In this document: positions 1 through 8,983 of the stretch, piece by piece | Numbering within the stretch: the first letter of the stretch is position 1 | How the letters are laid out: the number at the start of each line of letters is the position of its first letter | NCBI RefSeq assembly: GCF_000020385.1 | Contig: NC_010814.1 | Coordinates: forward strand, 780,001-812,000 | DNA length: 32,000 nt | Direction: 5' to 3' | DNA from: Trichlorobacter lovleyi SZ | GTDB taxonomy: Bacteria > Desulfobacterota > Desulfuromonadia > Geobacterales > Pseudopelobacteraceae | The notes under the pieces: model-generated | Database searches by the model: none | Told to the model about the DNA's origin: nothing | The model's input: only the letters and a program-made list of their open reading frames with translations | Position numbers and translations under genes: made by a program

Positions 1-2037
1 TTTCAGGAAGTGCAGGTGTCCAGTGAGCCGGGTAACGGCGGGGTGGTGCTGGTCTATGCGGTGATTGAAAAACCGGTTGTCAGGGATATCCGGTTTGAAG
101 GGAATAAAGAGCTTAAACAAGACAAGCTGCTGGAGGGGCTGCCGGTCCGCCGCAATGCAATCTTTTCCCAGAAGGACCTTGACAAGGCGGTTGCCAAGCT
201 GAAGAAGCAATACCAGGATGAAGGATACTTTCTGGTTGTGGTTGAACCATTGATTGAACAGCGTTCACCAACGGAATATCAGGTGCTCTTCAAGGTGACT
301 GAAGGCAAGAAGATCAGGATCAGTGCCATCAACTTTGAGGGTAACTCTGCCTTCAGTCCGCGTAAATTGCGCGGTGTGATGGAGACCAAGCAAGAGTGGT
401 TCATGTCATGGTTGACCGGGGCCGGTACCTATAAGGAAGAGGTGCTGAAGAACGACGCCCTGCTGATCGCAGACCACTACATGAATAACGGGTATATCAA
501 CGTAAAGGTTGGTGAGCCGGTCATGAAGCTGGCAGAGGACCAGGAGTCCTTGCTGGTGGATATCAGCATAACCGAAGGGGATCAATACCGGGTTGGTGAG
601 ATTGCCTTTAAGGGCGATATCCTCTATCCGGAACATGAGATCCGTAAACAACTGAAGACAGAGAGCGGTGAGGTGTTTAGCCGTGCCAATCTCCGGGCTG
701 ATATCGGCACCCTGACCGACATGACTGCCGATAAGGGATATGCTTTCAACAACGTCAACCCCCAGACAAAGCCGGATCCTGGCAGGAAGACAATGGATCT
801 GACCTTTGATGTTGAAAAAGGGGATCTTGTCTATATTGAACGGATATCCATCGCCGGCAACTCAAAGACGCGCGACAAGGTTGCACGACGTGAGTTGCGG
901 CTGATGGAGGGAGATCTGTACAGCGCCACAGGGTTCAAGCGCAGCAAGCAGAACCTGATGAATACCGGCTATTTTGAAGAGGCCAATGTGGCAACCTCCA
1001 AGGGGAGCAGCGGGAACAAGCTGAATGTCAATGTGGACCTGAAAGAAAAGGCCACCGGCGCATTTACTATCGGTGGCGGTTACAGTTCGCTGGATGGCCT
1101 GATCTTCCAGGGCTCGGTTTCCCAGGCAAACTTTCTGGGGCTGGGGCTCAAGGCCAACGCGTCGGCTGCCATCGGAGGCAAATCCAACACCTACTCAATC
1201 GGTTTGACGGACCCCTACTTTCTGGACACCAAATGGACGCTCGGGGTTGATATCTACCGTTCAGAACGTGACTATACCGACTACAGCCGCCGTTTGACCG
1301 GTGGTGATATCAAGGCCGGCTATCCGATTACCGATTTTATCGGCACTTTCTGGATGTACAAGTACGAGATCAAGGATATTTATGATCCTGATATCTACTA
1401 CCTGGATGCTAACGCAAAGTACCCGGACAGCTATCCGCTGGGGCAGACCACTACCAGTTCCGTTTATGCCAGCCTCACCAATAACACAACCGACTTCCGC
1501 TTTGACCCGTCCAGCGGCTGGGTCAACACCCTTTCGGTGGAATATGCCGGCCTGGGTGGTGACAATAAATATGTACGTGAAATTTTCGATAATACCTACT
1601 ACCATCCGCTCTGGTGGAAGTTCGTCATCTCTGGCAAGGTGGTGGTCGGTGCGGTACAGAAGGCCGGCGGCCCGATCCCGATTGATGAAAAATTCTACCT
1701 GGGGGGTATCGGAACACTGCGTGGTTATTCTGCAAGGACGGTAAGCCCTAAGAACAATGATGTCTATGTCGGTGGCGAAAAGGAGTTGTTCGGCAATATT
1801 GAGATCAAGTTTCCGCTGCTGCCGGAATATGGCATTAAAGGGGTTGGCTTCTTTGATTATGGTAATGCCTGGTCAGGCAGCTTTAAACCGCCGAAAATGT
1901 TGATGAGCTACGGAGGCGGTATCCGTTGGGCCTCTCCGATGGGGCCATTGCGGCTTGAGTATGGTATTCCGATCAATCCGCGCCCTGAAGACAGCAAGTC
2001 CGGCCGTTTTGAGTTTGCAATCGGCAGTTTGTTTTAA
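1..2037 (+). CDS. bamA: Outer membrane protein assembly factor BamA, 5'-truncated by the window edge (C-terminal POTRA repeats plus Omp85 beta-barrel)
   Basis: Frame 1 is open from nt 1 (FQEVQVSS...), so the GTG at 10 in the ORF track is not the real start. Repeated POTRA-like units are present (VVRDIRFEGN, IRISAINFEGN, YRVGEIAFKGD, VYIERISIAGNSKTRD). The C-terminal half has Gly/aromatic-rich barrel strands and ends in the OMP signature with terminal Phe (FAIGSLF). It sits upstream of skp-lpxD-fabZ-lpxA, the conserved neighbourhood. Confidence 0.93.
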   Translation, partial: FQEVQVSSEPGNGGVVLVYAVIEKPVVRDIRFEGNKELKQDKLLEGLPVRRNAIFSQKDLDKAVAKLKKQYQDEGYFLVVVEPLIEQRSPTEYQVLFKVTEGKKIRISAINFEGNSAFSPRKLRGVMETKQEWFMSWLTGAGTYKEEVLKNDALLIADHYMNNGYINVKVGEPVMKLAEDQESLLVDISITEGDQYRVGEIAFKGDILYPEHEIRKQLKTESGEVFSRANLRADIGTLTDMTADKGYAFNNVNPQTKPDPGRKTMDLTFDVEKGDLVYIERISIAGNSKTRDKVARRELRLMEGDLYSATGFKRSKQNLMNTGYFEEANVATSKGSSGNKLNVNVDLKEKATGAFTIGGGYSSLDGLIFQGSVSQANFLGLGLKANASAAIGGKSNTYSIGLTDPYFLDTKWTLGVDIYRSERDYTDYSRRLTGGDIKAGYPITDFIGTFWMYKYEIKDIYDPDIYYLDANAKYPDSYPLGQTTTSSVYASLTNNTTDFRFDPSSGWVNTLSVEYAGLGGDNKYVREIFDNTYYHPLWWKFVISGKVVVGAVQKAGGPIPIDEKFYLGGIGTLRGYSARTVSPKNNDVYVGGEKELFGNIEIKFPLLPEYGIKGVGFFDYGNAWSGSFKPPKMLMSYGGGIRWASPMGPLRLEYGIPINPRPEDSKSGRFEFAIGSLF

Positions 2038-2065
2038 TTCTATACGGAACGTAAGGAGAAATTCG

Positions 2066-2584
2066 ATGAAGCGTTTGGTCATGATGGTGCTGATGCTGGC
2101 TCTTATGTCTGGTTCTGTCTGGGCTGCTGATACAAAGATCGGCTACCTTGATATGCAGCGCGCCCTGAATACGTCAGAGACTGGTAAGGCCGCCAAGGCA
2201 CAGCTGCAGGAAAAGTTGAAGAAGTATCAGGAACAGATCAACAGCAAGCAGGAAGAACTTCAGAAACTGAAGAATGATCTTGAAAAACAGGGGCTTGCCC
2301 TGACCGAGGCATCTCGCGCCGCCAAAGAAAAGGATTACCAGCAGAAGTTGAAGGACTTCCAGCGTTTCACCAAAGATGCTGAAGAAGACCTGCAGGCCCG
2401 TGACGGCGAATTTACCAAGAAGATCCTTGAAGTTCTGGAGAAGATTGTTCAGGAGTACGGCAAGAAAAACGGCTACTCGGTGATATTTGATGCCCGCAGC
2501 GCCGGTATGCTCTATGCTGACACGTCAGTGGATCTGACCGATGAGATTCTGAAGGCCTTGAATGCCGCGCAGAGCAAGAAATAG
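2066..2584 (+). CDS. skp: Periplasmic chaperone Skp/OmpH
   Basis: ATG at 2066 is preceded by AAGGAG (2053-2058). Signal peptide MKRLVMMVLMLALMSGSVWA, then a Lys/Glu/Gln-rich coiled-coil body typical of the OmpH family (KIGYLDMQRALNTSETGKAAKAQLQEK). The ORF-track start at 1955 overlaps bamA and was discarded. Confidence 0.88.
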   Translation: MKRLVMMVLMLALMSGSVWAADTKIGYLDMQRALNTSETGKAAKAQLQEKLKKYQEQINSKQEELQKLKNDLEKQGLALTEASRAAKEKDYQQKLKDFQRFTKDAEEDLQARDGEFTKKILEVLEKIVQEYGKKNGYSVIFDARSAGMLYADTSVDLTDEILKALNAAQSKK

Positions 2585-2599
2585 GCACAGGTGGTTAAG

Positions 2600-3637
2600 A
2601 TGCTGACCAAGACGCTTCAGGAACTGGCAGATTATCTGGGGGGCACTGTCCGTGGCGACGGCACGGTTAAAATCAACGGTCTTGCTCCGCTTGAAGGTGC
2701 TGCGCCGGATAAAGTCACCTTTCTTGCAAACCCGAAATATGCAGCAAAAGTAGCAGATACCAAGGCTGGCGGTGTATTGATGGCGCCGGGCGGTGAATCG
2801 TACGGCCGCAACATCATTGAACTGGCCAACCCGTATCTGGGGTTTGCCAAGCTGCTGACGCTCTTCTATACCCAGCCACATCCGCCCTTAGGGGTGTTGC
2901 CCGAAGCGGTGGTCGGGATCAACGTTGCACTCGGTGAAGGGATCAGCATCTACCCCGGGGCGGTGATCGGCAATAATGTCAGTATCGGTGACCGGGTGGT
3001 GGTCTATCCCGGGGCGGTGATTTATGACGGCGTCGTTATTGGTGATGACTGCGTCATTCATGCCAATGCGGTGATACGCGAACGCTGCCGCCTGGGCAAG
3101 CGCTGCAAGCTGCAGCCCGGTGCCGTGGTCGGCAGTGATGGCTTCGGTTATGCGCCGGACGGCCCTTCCTATTATCCGATTCCCCAGATCGGCATTGTGG
3201 TGCTGGAAGATGATGTGGAGATCGGCGCCAATGCAACGGTAGACCGGGCCGCCCTTGAAGTCACCCTGATCAGACGCGGTACCAAGCTGGATAACCTGGT
3301 ACAGGTGGCCCACAACTGTCAGATCGGCGAAGATACCATGCTCTGCTCACAAGTGGGAATTTCCGGCAGTAGCAAGATCGGCAACCATGTCACCCTGACC
3401 GGTCAGGTGGGGGTGGCGGGACACCTGACAATCGGTGACAACGTGATCGTCGGTGCCCAGAGTGGTGTGCCCGGCTCCCTGGAGGGCAATGCCTACTACA
3501 GCGGTACTCCGACCATGCCGCACAAGGAATGGCTGCGGGTAATGGGTACGCTGCCCAGGCTGCCGGATATGCGTAAAAAAATGTCTGAGCTTGAGAAGAA
3601 GATTGCCGCGCTTGAGGCCCGGCTGGCAAAGGAGTAA
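2600..3637 (+). CDS. lpxD: UDP-3-O-acylglucosamine N-acyltransferase LpxD
   Basis: N-terminal [10 protein letters not shown]...G domain, then a long left-handed beta-helix of hexapeptide repeats ([31 protein letters not shown]...) and a C-terminal helical tail. ATG at 2600 has AGGTGG 7 nt upstream. The GTG at 2591 from the ORF track is an alternative start. Confidence 0.93.
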   Translation: MLTKTLQELADYLGGTVRGDGTVKINGLAPLEGAAPDKVTFLANPKYAAKVADTKAGGVLMAPGGESYGRNIIELANPYLGFAKLLTLFYTQPHPPLGVLPEAVVGINVALGEGISIYPGAVIGNNVSIGDRVVVYPGAVIYDGVVIGDDCVIHANAVIRERCRLGKRCKLQPGAVVGSDGFGYAPDGPSYYPIPQIGIVVLEDDVEIGANATVDRAALEVTLIRRGTKLDNLVQVAHNCQIGEDTMLCSQVGISGSSKIGNHVTLTGQVGVAGHLTIGDNVIVGAQSGVPGSLEGNAYYSGTPTMPHKEWLRVMGTLPRLPDMRKKMSELEKKIAALEARLAKE

Positions 3638-3640
3638 GCA

Positions 3641-4093
3641 ATGGAACCAACTATGCCGATGGATGTGAACGCCATCATGAAGATTTTACCCCACCGTTTT
3701 CCGTTTCTGCTGGTGGACCGGATTGTGGAGCTTGAGCACGGCAAGCGTTGTGTCGGTATCAAGAATGTCAGCATCAATGAGCCGTTCTTCCCCGGTCATT
3801 TTCCCGGCCATCCGGTTATGCCCGGCGTACTGATTGTTGAGGCAATGGCACAAGTCGCCGGTATTATGGCATATCTTGCGTCTGATGACGAAACCAGAAA
3901 AAAGGTCAGTTATTTTATGGCCATTGACAGCGCCAAGTTTCGCAAGCCGGTCATGCCGGGTGATCAACTTCGGATCGAGATCACCACAACCATGAACCGT
4001 CGCGGCATCTGGGGGGTTGATGGTAAGGCATTTGTTGACGACAAGCTGGTGACCGAGGCCTCACTCAAGGCCACCTTTGCTCCGGCAGAATAG
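3641..4093 (+). CDS. fabZ: 3-hydroxyacyl-ACP dehydratase FabZ
   Basis: Canonical motifs [13 protein letters not shown] and [29 protein letters not shown] lies upstream at 3629-3634. Length 150 aa. Confidence 0.96.
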   Translation: MEPTMPMDVNAIMKILPHRFPFLLVDRIVELEHGKRCVGIKNVSINEPFFPGHFPGHPVMPGVLIVEAMAQVAGIMAYLASDDETRKKVSYFMAIDSAKFRKPVMPGDQLRIEITTTMNRRGIWGVDGKAFVDDKLVTEASLKATFAPAE

Positions 4094-4106
4094 ACAGGGA
4101 GAGACC

Positions 4107-4892
4107 ATGAGCATACATGCAAGCGCAATAGTCCACCCCTCTGCACAGCTGGCTGAAGGGGTGGAGGTCGGTCCTTACGCCATTATTGAAGAACATGCCA
4201 TCATTGGTAAGGGGACCAGTATCGGAGCTCATGCGGTGATCGGCAAGTGGACCGAGCTGGGGGAGAATAACCAGATCTACCACATGGCTTCGGTCGGTGC
4301 TGCTCCGCAAGACCTGAAGTACAAGGGTGAAGAATGCTGGACCCGTCTGGGCAACGGTAACGTGATCCGTGAGTTTGCCACCATTCACCGTGGCACGGTA
4401 ACCGGTCATGCCGAGACCGTGATGGGCAACAATAACCTGATGATGGCCTATTCCCATGTGGCCCATGACTGTACGGTCGGCAACGGGGTGGTCATGGCCA
4501 ATGCCGCTACGCTGGCCGGTCATGTCACGGTACAGGATAATGTCATCCTGGGCGGCCTGGTGGCGATCCATCAGTTTGTCACCATCGGTGCCTATGCCAT
4601 GTTGGGGGGAGGCACACTGGTGGGGATGGATATCCCGCCGTACATGATTGCAACCTCGGGTGGCAAGCGGGAGGCGCAACTGCGTGGCCTGAACCTGATC
4701 GGTTTGAAGCGTCGTGGTTTTAGTGATGAAGCGATCAGCGGATTGAAAAAGGCGTATAAGACGCTCTTTATGGCCCATCTGAAACAGGCCGACGCCATTG
4801 CAAAGATCAGGTCCGAGATTGTCGGCTGTGCCGAGGTCGATACCCTGCTGGCCTTTATCGAAGCTTCGCAGCGCGGGATCTGCCGCGGATGA
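4107..4892 (+). CDS. lpxA: Acyl-ACP:UDP-GlcNAc (or UDP-GlcNAc3N) O/N-acyltransferase LpxA
   Basis: MSIHASAIVHPSAQLAEGVEVGPYAII start, hexapeptide-repeat beta-helix, C-terminal helical domain (LRGLNLIGLKRRGFS). The internal ATG at 4107 (after GGGAGAG) was chosen over the ORF-track start at 4077, which overlaps fabZ. Confidence 0.95.
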   Translation: MSIHASAIVHPSAQLAEGVEVGPYAIIEEHAIIGKGTSIGAHAVIGKWTELGENNQIYHMASVGAAPQDLKYKGEECWTRLGNGNVIREFATIHRGTVTGHAETVMGNNNLMMAYSHVAHDCTVGNGVVMANAATLAGHVTVQDNVILGGLVAIHQFVTIGAYAMLGGGTLVGMDIPPYMIATSGGKREAQLRGLNLIGLKRRGFSDEAISGLKKAYKTLFMAHLKQADAIAKIRSEIVGCAEVDTLLAFIEASQRGICRG

Positions 4893-5833
4893 GCAGGCTG
4901 CGCACGGCGGTTATAGGGGTCGGCTATCTTGGTAACTTTCACGCCCAGAAGTACGCTGCCCTGGAAGGGGTTGAACTGATCGGGGTAGTGGATGCCGATG
5001 CTGCCCGCGGGACTGAGGTGGCTTCATCCTGCGGATGTCAGGCCTTTACCGATTATCGTGAGCTGATCGGCCGTGTGGATGCGGTCAGTGTGGTGGTGCC
5101 GACCCAGTATCACCATCAGGTTGCAAAAGAGTTCCTGACGGCCGGCGTGCATGTCCTGATCGAGAAACCGATTACCGTTACCATTGAACAGGCCGATGAG
5201 CTGATCAGCCTGGCAGATGCAGGTAAACTGGTCTTTCAGGTGGGGCACCTGGAACGGTTTAATCCGGTGCTGATGGCGGTTGAAGAGGTGCTGATTGAAC
5301 CGTTGTTCGTGGAATCAGTACGGATTGCACCATTCAAACCCCGTGGTACCGATGTTAACGTGGTGCTGGATCTGATGATCCACGACATTGAGATCATCCA
5401 GCATCTGGTCAAGTCGCCGGTGGCAAAAATTGATGCCATTGGCGCACCGGTCTTTACCGGCGAAGAGGATATTGCCAATGCCCGGATTGCCTTTGAGAAC
5501 GGTTGCGTTGCCAATGTCACGGCCAGCCGGATCAGCCTCAAGAGTGAGCGCAAGATGCGGATCTTCCAGCGCGATGCCTACCTGACGCTCGATTTTCAGA
5601 ACAAGAAGGTGCTGGTCGCCAAAAAAGGGGAAGGCGAGTTGATGCCGGGTATTCCCAATGTGCAGGTCAAGGAGCAGGAATTGGGGCAGTCTGATCCATT
5701 GCTATCCGAGATCATCTCGTTCGTGACGGCGATCACCGAAGGCAGGCAGCCCCAGGTCAGTGGCCGCGATGGCAGAATGGCACTGGAAACCGCATTAAAA
5801 ATCAATGAAGCACTGAACAGGATACGCCCATGA
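4889..5833 (+). CDS. gnnA: Gfo/Idh/MocA-family NAD-dependent oxidoreductase, GnnA-like (candidate UDP-GlcNAc 3-dehydrogenase)
   Basis: N-terminal Rossmann motif RTAVIGVGYLGNFHAQKY, EKP motif (VLIEKPIT), 314 aa. Inserted between lpxA and lpxB and paired with a DegT aminotransferase, as described for gnnA/gnnB. ATGA overlap with the lpxA stop. Confidence 0.75.
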   Translation: MSRLRTAVIGVGYLGNFHAQKYAALEGVELIGVVDADAARGTEVASSCGCQAFTDYRELIGRVDAVSVVVPTQYHHQVAKEFLTAGVHVLIEKPITVTIEQADELISLADAGKLVFQVGHLERFNPVLMAVEEVLIEPLFVESVRIAPFKPRGTDVNVVLDLMIHDIEIIQHLVKSPVAKIDAIGAPVFTGEEDIANARIAFENGCVANVTASRISLKSERKMRIFQRDAYLTLDFQNKKVLVAKKGEGELMPGIPNVQVKEQELGQSDPLLSEIISFVTAITEGRQPQVSGRDGRMALETALKINEALNRIRP

Positions 5834-6924
5834 TACCGATGGTAGACCTTAAAACCCAGTACCACCATTTGAAGAGTGAGATTGATGCAGCGGTGTTGGA
5901 TGCCCTGGAAAGCACCCAGTTCATCCTGGGCCCCAACGTTACCGGGCTTGAAAAAGAAACTGCCGGCTATCTTGCTACTGCTCAGGCCGTTGGCTGCGCC
6001 TCAGGTACTGATGCTCTGCATCTGGCTGTACTGGCAGCGGGAATCAAGCCGGGTGATGAGGTGATCACCACACCGTTCACCTTCATCGCCACAGCTGAAG
6101 CGATCTGTTATGCCGGCGCTGTGCCGGTCTTTGTGGATGTTGACCCTCAAACCTTTAACATCGTACCGGAGCTGATCGAGCAGGCGATTACCCCCCGAAC
6201 CAAGGCGGTGATCCCGGTACACCTCTTTGGTCAGCCGGCTGACATGGCTGCCATCGGTGCCATCTGCGAACGTCATAACCTGGTGCTGATCGAGGATTGT
6301 GCCCAGTCCTTTGGCGCTGCCATTGCCGGCCGTATGACCGGCTCGATTGGTGCTTTTGGTTGTTTCAGCTTCTTCCCCAGCAAGAACCTGGGCGGTTACG
6401 GTGATGGTGGTCTGGTGACCGCTGCCACGGCGGAAGGGGCTGAAACCCTTAAGATGCTGCGCAATCACGGCAGCAAGGTGCGTTATCACCATGACGTGAT
6501 CGGTTTTAACAGCCGCCTTGACGACCTGCAGGCAGCAATTCTCAGGGTCAAGCTGCGCCATATTGATCGTTTCAACCAGGAGCGCCGCCGGGTTGCCCAC
6601 CGTTACTCCGAAGGGCTGAAAGATGTCGTCACCGTGCCGTTTGAGGATGGCAAGGGTGTACATGTCTACCACCAGTACACAATTCTGACCGATCAGCGGG
6701 ACACGATTATGGCGGCGTTGAGCGAGCAGCAGATTGCCAGTGCAGTCTATTACCCGATCCCGTTGCATCGTCAGAACGTCTTTGCTGAACAGTGCCGGGG
6801 GATTTCACTGCCGGTGACGGAATCGATAGCGGCGCGTTGTATGTCCTTACCGGTCTATCCGGAAATGACCGATCAGCAGGTAGATCAGGTGATTGCAGCA
6901 GTACGCGGGGCATTGGCTGGCTAA
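5830..6924 (+). CDS. gnnB: DegT/DnrJ/EryC1-family PLP aminotransferase, GnnB-like (candidate UDP-3-keto-GlcNAc transaminase)
   Basis: N-terminus IPMVDLKTQYHHLKSEIDAAVLDAL..FILGPNV. Active-site Lys context FSFFPSKNLGGYGDGG, plus LRNHG. ATGA overlap with gnnA and TAATG overlap with lpxB. Confidence 0.75.
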   Translation: MIPMVDLKTQYHHLKSEIDAAVLDALESTQFILGPNVTGLEKETAGYLATAQAVGCASGTDALHLAVLAAGIKPGDEVITTPFTFIATAEAICYAGAVPVFVDVDPQTFNIVPELIEQAITPRTKAVIPVHLFGQPADMAAIGAICERHNLVLIEDCAQSFGAAIAGRMTGSIGAFGCFSFFPSKNLGGYGDGGLVTAATAEGAETLKMLRNHGSKVRYHHDVIGFNSRLDDLQAAILRVKLRHIDRFNQERRRVAHRYSEGLKDVVTVPFEDGKGVHVYHQYTILTDQRDTIMAALSEQQIASAVYYPIPLHRQNVFAEQCRGISLPVTESIAARCMSLPVYPEMTDQQVDQVIAAVRGALAG

Positions 6925-8075
6925 TGGCAGTAGGACGGCCCAAACGGGTCATGATAGTTGCAGGCGAAGCGTCTGGTGATATCTACGGGGCAGGATTGGT
7001 GCGCGCAGTACAGGCGGCTGATCCTGCCTTTTCCTTCTTCGGCATCGGCGGCCCCCGCATGCGTGAAGCCGGTTGCGAGACCCTGGTGGACTCTGCCGAT
7101 ATGGCGGTGGTCGGGCTGGTGGAGGTACTGAAACACTTTGACGTGATCGCTGCTGCCTTTCTCAAACTGAAAAAGATCCTGCTGGAAGACCCTCCTGACC
7201 TGCTGATTCTGATTGACTATCCCGGATTTAACCTGCGCCTGGGCAAGGTGGCAAAAAAGGCCGGGGTCAAGGTGCTCTACTACATCTCTCCCCAGATCTG
7301 GGCCTGGCGCCAGGGGCGGGTCAAAAAGATCAAACGCCTGGTTGACCATATGGCGGTGATCCTGCCCTTTGAGGTCCCTTTTTATGAGCAGGCCGGTGTA
7401 CCGGTCTCCTTTGTCGGCCATCCCATGGCTGACCTGGTCGAGGTGTCCTTAACACGCGATCAGGCTGCCACCTCTTTCGGGCTTGACACCTCACGACAGA
7501 TTGTGGGGCTGTTTCCCGGCAGCCGACGGAGTGAAGTCAGCCGTTTGCTGCCCACCATTCTGGAGGCTGCCCGTCTCTTGCAACAGTGCCTGCCCGGACT
7601 TCAGTTCGTCCTGCCGCTGGCTTCAACCCTCTCTGATGACGATCTCGCCCCCTGGCTTGAGGGCTGTGAGCTGCCGATAACGGTTACCCGTGATCGGATC
7701 CATGATCTGATGCGGGCCTGTGATGCCGTGATATCGGTCTCCGGTACGGTGACCCTGGAGATCGCCCTGGTGGGTACACCGCTGGTGATCATCTACAAAC
7801 TTTCACCGCTCACTTTCCAGTTGGCCAAGCGACTGGTCAAGGTTGAGCATATCGGCCTGTGCAATATTGTGGCGGGAGAAACGGTTGCCAGGGAGTTGAT
7901 CCAGGAGGAGGCCTCACCGGAGCAGATCGCTGGAGAGATTGGGCGCTTGCTACGTGATGCAGAGTATAACACAGCGTTCAGGGAGCGGCTTACCCATGTC
8001 CGTGAGCGCCTGGGTGGCGGAGGAGCCGACCGGCGTATGGCCGGCTTGGTACTCAGTATGGTGGAACAGTCATGA
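6924..8075 (+). CDS. lpxB: Lipid-A-disaccharide synthase LpxB
   Basis: VMIVAGEASGDIYGAGLVRAV N-terminal motif, DYPGFNLRL, YYISPQIWAWR, FPGSRRSEV. The internal ATG at 6924 (TAATG junction) was chosen over the ORF-track start at 6792, which overlaps gnnB. Confidence 0.94.
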   Translation: MAVGRPKRVMIVAGEASGDIYGAGLVRAVQAADPAFSFFGIGGPRMREAGCETLVDSADMAVVGLVEVLKHFDVIAAAFLKLKKILLEDPPDLLILIDYPGFNLRLGKVAKKAGVKVLYYISPQIWAWRQGRVKKIKRLVDHMAVILPFEVPFYEQAGVPVSFVGHPMADLVEVSLTRDQAATSFGLDTSRQIVGLFPGSRRSEVSRLLPTILEAARLLQQCLPGLQFVLPLASTLSDDDLAPWLEGCELPITVTRDRIHDLMRACDAVISVSGTVTLEIALVGTPLVIIYKLSPLTFQLAKRLVKVEHIGLCNIVAGETVARELIQEEASPEQIAGEIGRLLRDAEYNTAFRERLTHVRERLGGGGADRRMAGLVLSMVEQS

Positions 8076-8983
8076 AAAAGATCGTGTGGATGCTTCAGGT
8101 GGCGGTGCTCTATGGCTTTACCTGGGTGGTGGCTCTGGTGCCGGAACGTCTGTCTGAACGGTTCGGGGTCTGGACCGGTCTGCTACTGCGCCGGATATTG
8201 GGAAGTCGTCGGCGTATTGCAGAGGAAAATATCAGCCGCGTGCTTGAGCATATGCGGGCCCAGCCGGAATGGACCTGTACTATCCCGACAGCCGAGGGGA
8301 TTGCGCGGGAGGTGTTTTGCAATCTGGGGCGTTCACTGGTGGAAACCTGCCGTTTATATCACGGCAAAGGTGGCGGGCTGATTGACCGGATTGAGGTACG
8401 CGGCAGGGAGTATTATGATGCAGCCCGTGCCCAGGGAAAAGGAATTATCTTTCTGACCGGTCACTGCGGCAACTGGGAACTGGTTGCCCTGGCCTACGCC
8501 CGCTTGTTTAAGGAACCGCTTTCCGTGGTGGCCCGCCGCCAGAATAATCCGTATCTGAATACCATGGTAGAGCGGATGCGCCAGCACTACGACAACAGCG
8601 TTATCTACAAGGATAATGCCCTCAAGAACATGATTACCGTTATTCGCAGGAATGGAACCGTGGGACTGCTGGTGGATCAGACGGTGTTTCCTGAAGAGGG
8701 GTATCTGGTTGATTTTCTGGGCCGGCCGGCCTGGGCTTCCAAGGCTCCGGTCCTGATTGCCCGCAAGACCGGTGTCCCGATCGTACCGGCCTTTATTCAC
8801 CGGGAGGCCGGGCGCCATGTTATCGAGATCCACCCTCCGCTTCAGTTCGAAGGCAGTGCCGATGAACAGGGCTGGTGTGATGACGTTAAAACCTACTCCC
8901 GCATCATAGAGCGGTTTATTGTGGCCCATCCCACCGAGTGGTATTGGGTGCACAGGCGCTGGAAGAGAACCGAAGGTCTATGA
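8072..8983 (+). CDS. lpxL: Lipid A biosynthesis late (secondary) acyltransferase, LpxL/HtrB family
   Basis: N-terminal membrane anchor (VWMLQVAVLYGFTWVVALV), acyltransferase HX4E motif in GHCGNWE, 303 aa, located between lpxB and waaA. ATGA overlap with lpxB. Acyl-chain specificity cannot be read from the sequence. Confidence 0.82.
   Translation: MKKIVWMLQVAVLYGFTWVVALVPERLSERFGVWTGLLLRRILGSRRRIAEENISRVLEHMRAQPEWTCTIPTAEGIAREVFCNLGRSLVETCRLYHGKGGGLIDRIEVRGREYYDAARAQGKGIIFLTGHCGNWELVALAYARLFKEPLSVVARRQNNPYLNTMVERMRQHYDNSVIYKDNALKNMITVIRRNGTVGLLVDQTVFPEEGYLVDFLGRPAWASKAPVLIARKTGVPIVPAFIHREAGRHVIEIHPPLQFEGSADEQGWCDDVKTYSRIIERFIVAHPTEWYWVHRRWKRTEGL

Noticed and set aside
1955-2065. Upstream-extended starts in the ORF track (1955, 4077, 6792, 8938, 9573, 13058, 14169, 16594, 23315, 24385, 26680)
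   Set aside because: Each extension overlaps the preceding well-supported gene in another frame and adds non-homologous N-terminal residues. Internal starts that give family-typical N-termini, SD boxes or ATGA/TAATG coupling were used instead.
4065-4778. 237-aa ORF on the minus strand, opposite lpxA
   Set aside because: Shadow ORF typical of GC-rich DNA. The translation is His/Gly/Arg-rich with no recognisable motif, while the + strand frame carries an unmistakable LpxA.
6001-6768. 255-aa minus-strand ORF opposite the GnnB-like aminotransferase
   Set aside because: Antisense shadow ORF. It has no motif support, and the sense frame has full-length DegT-family signatures.
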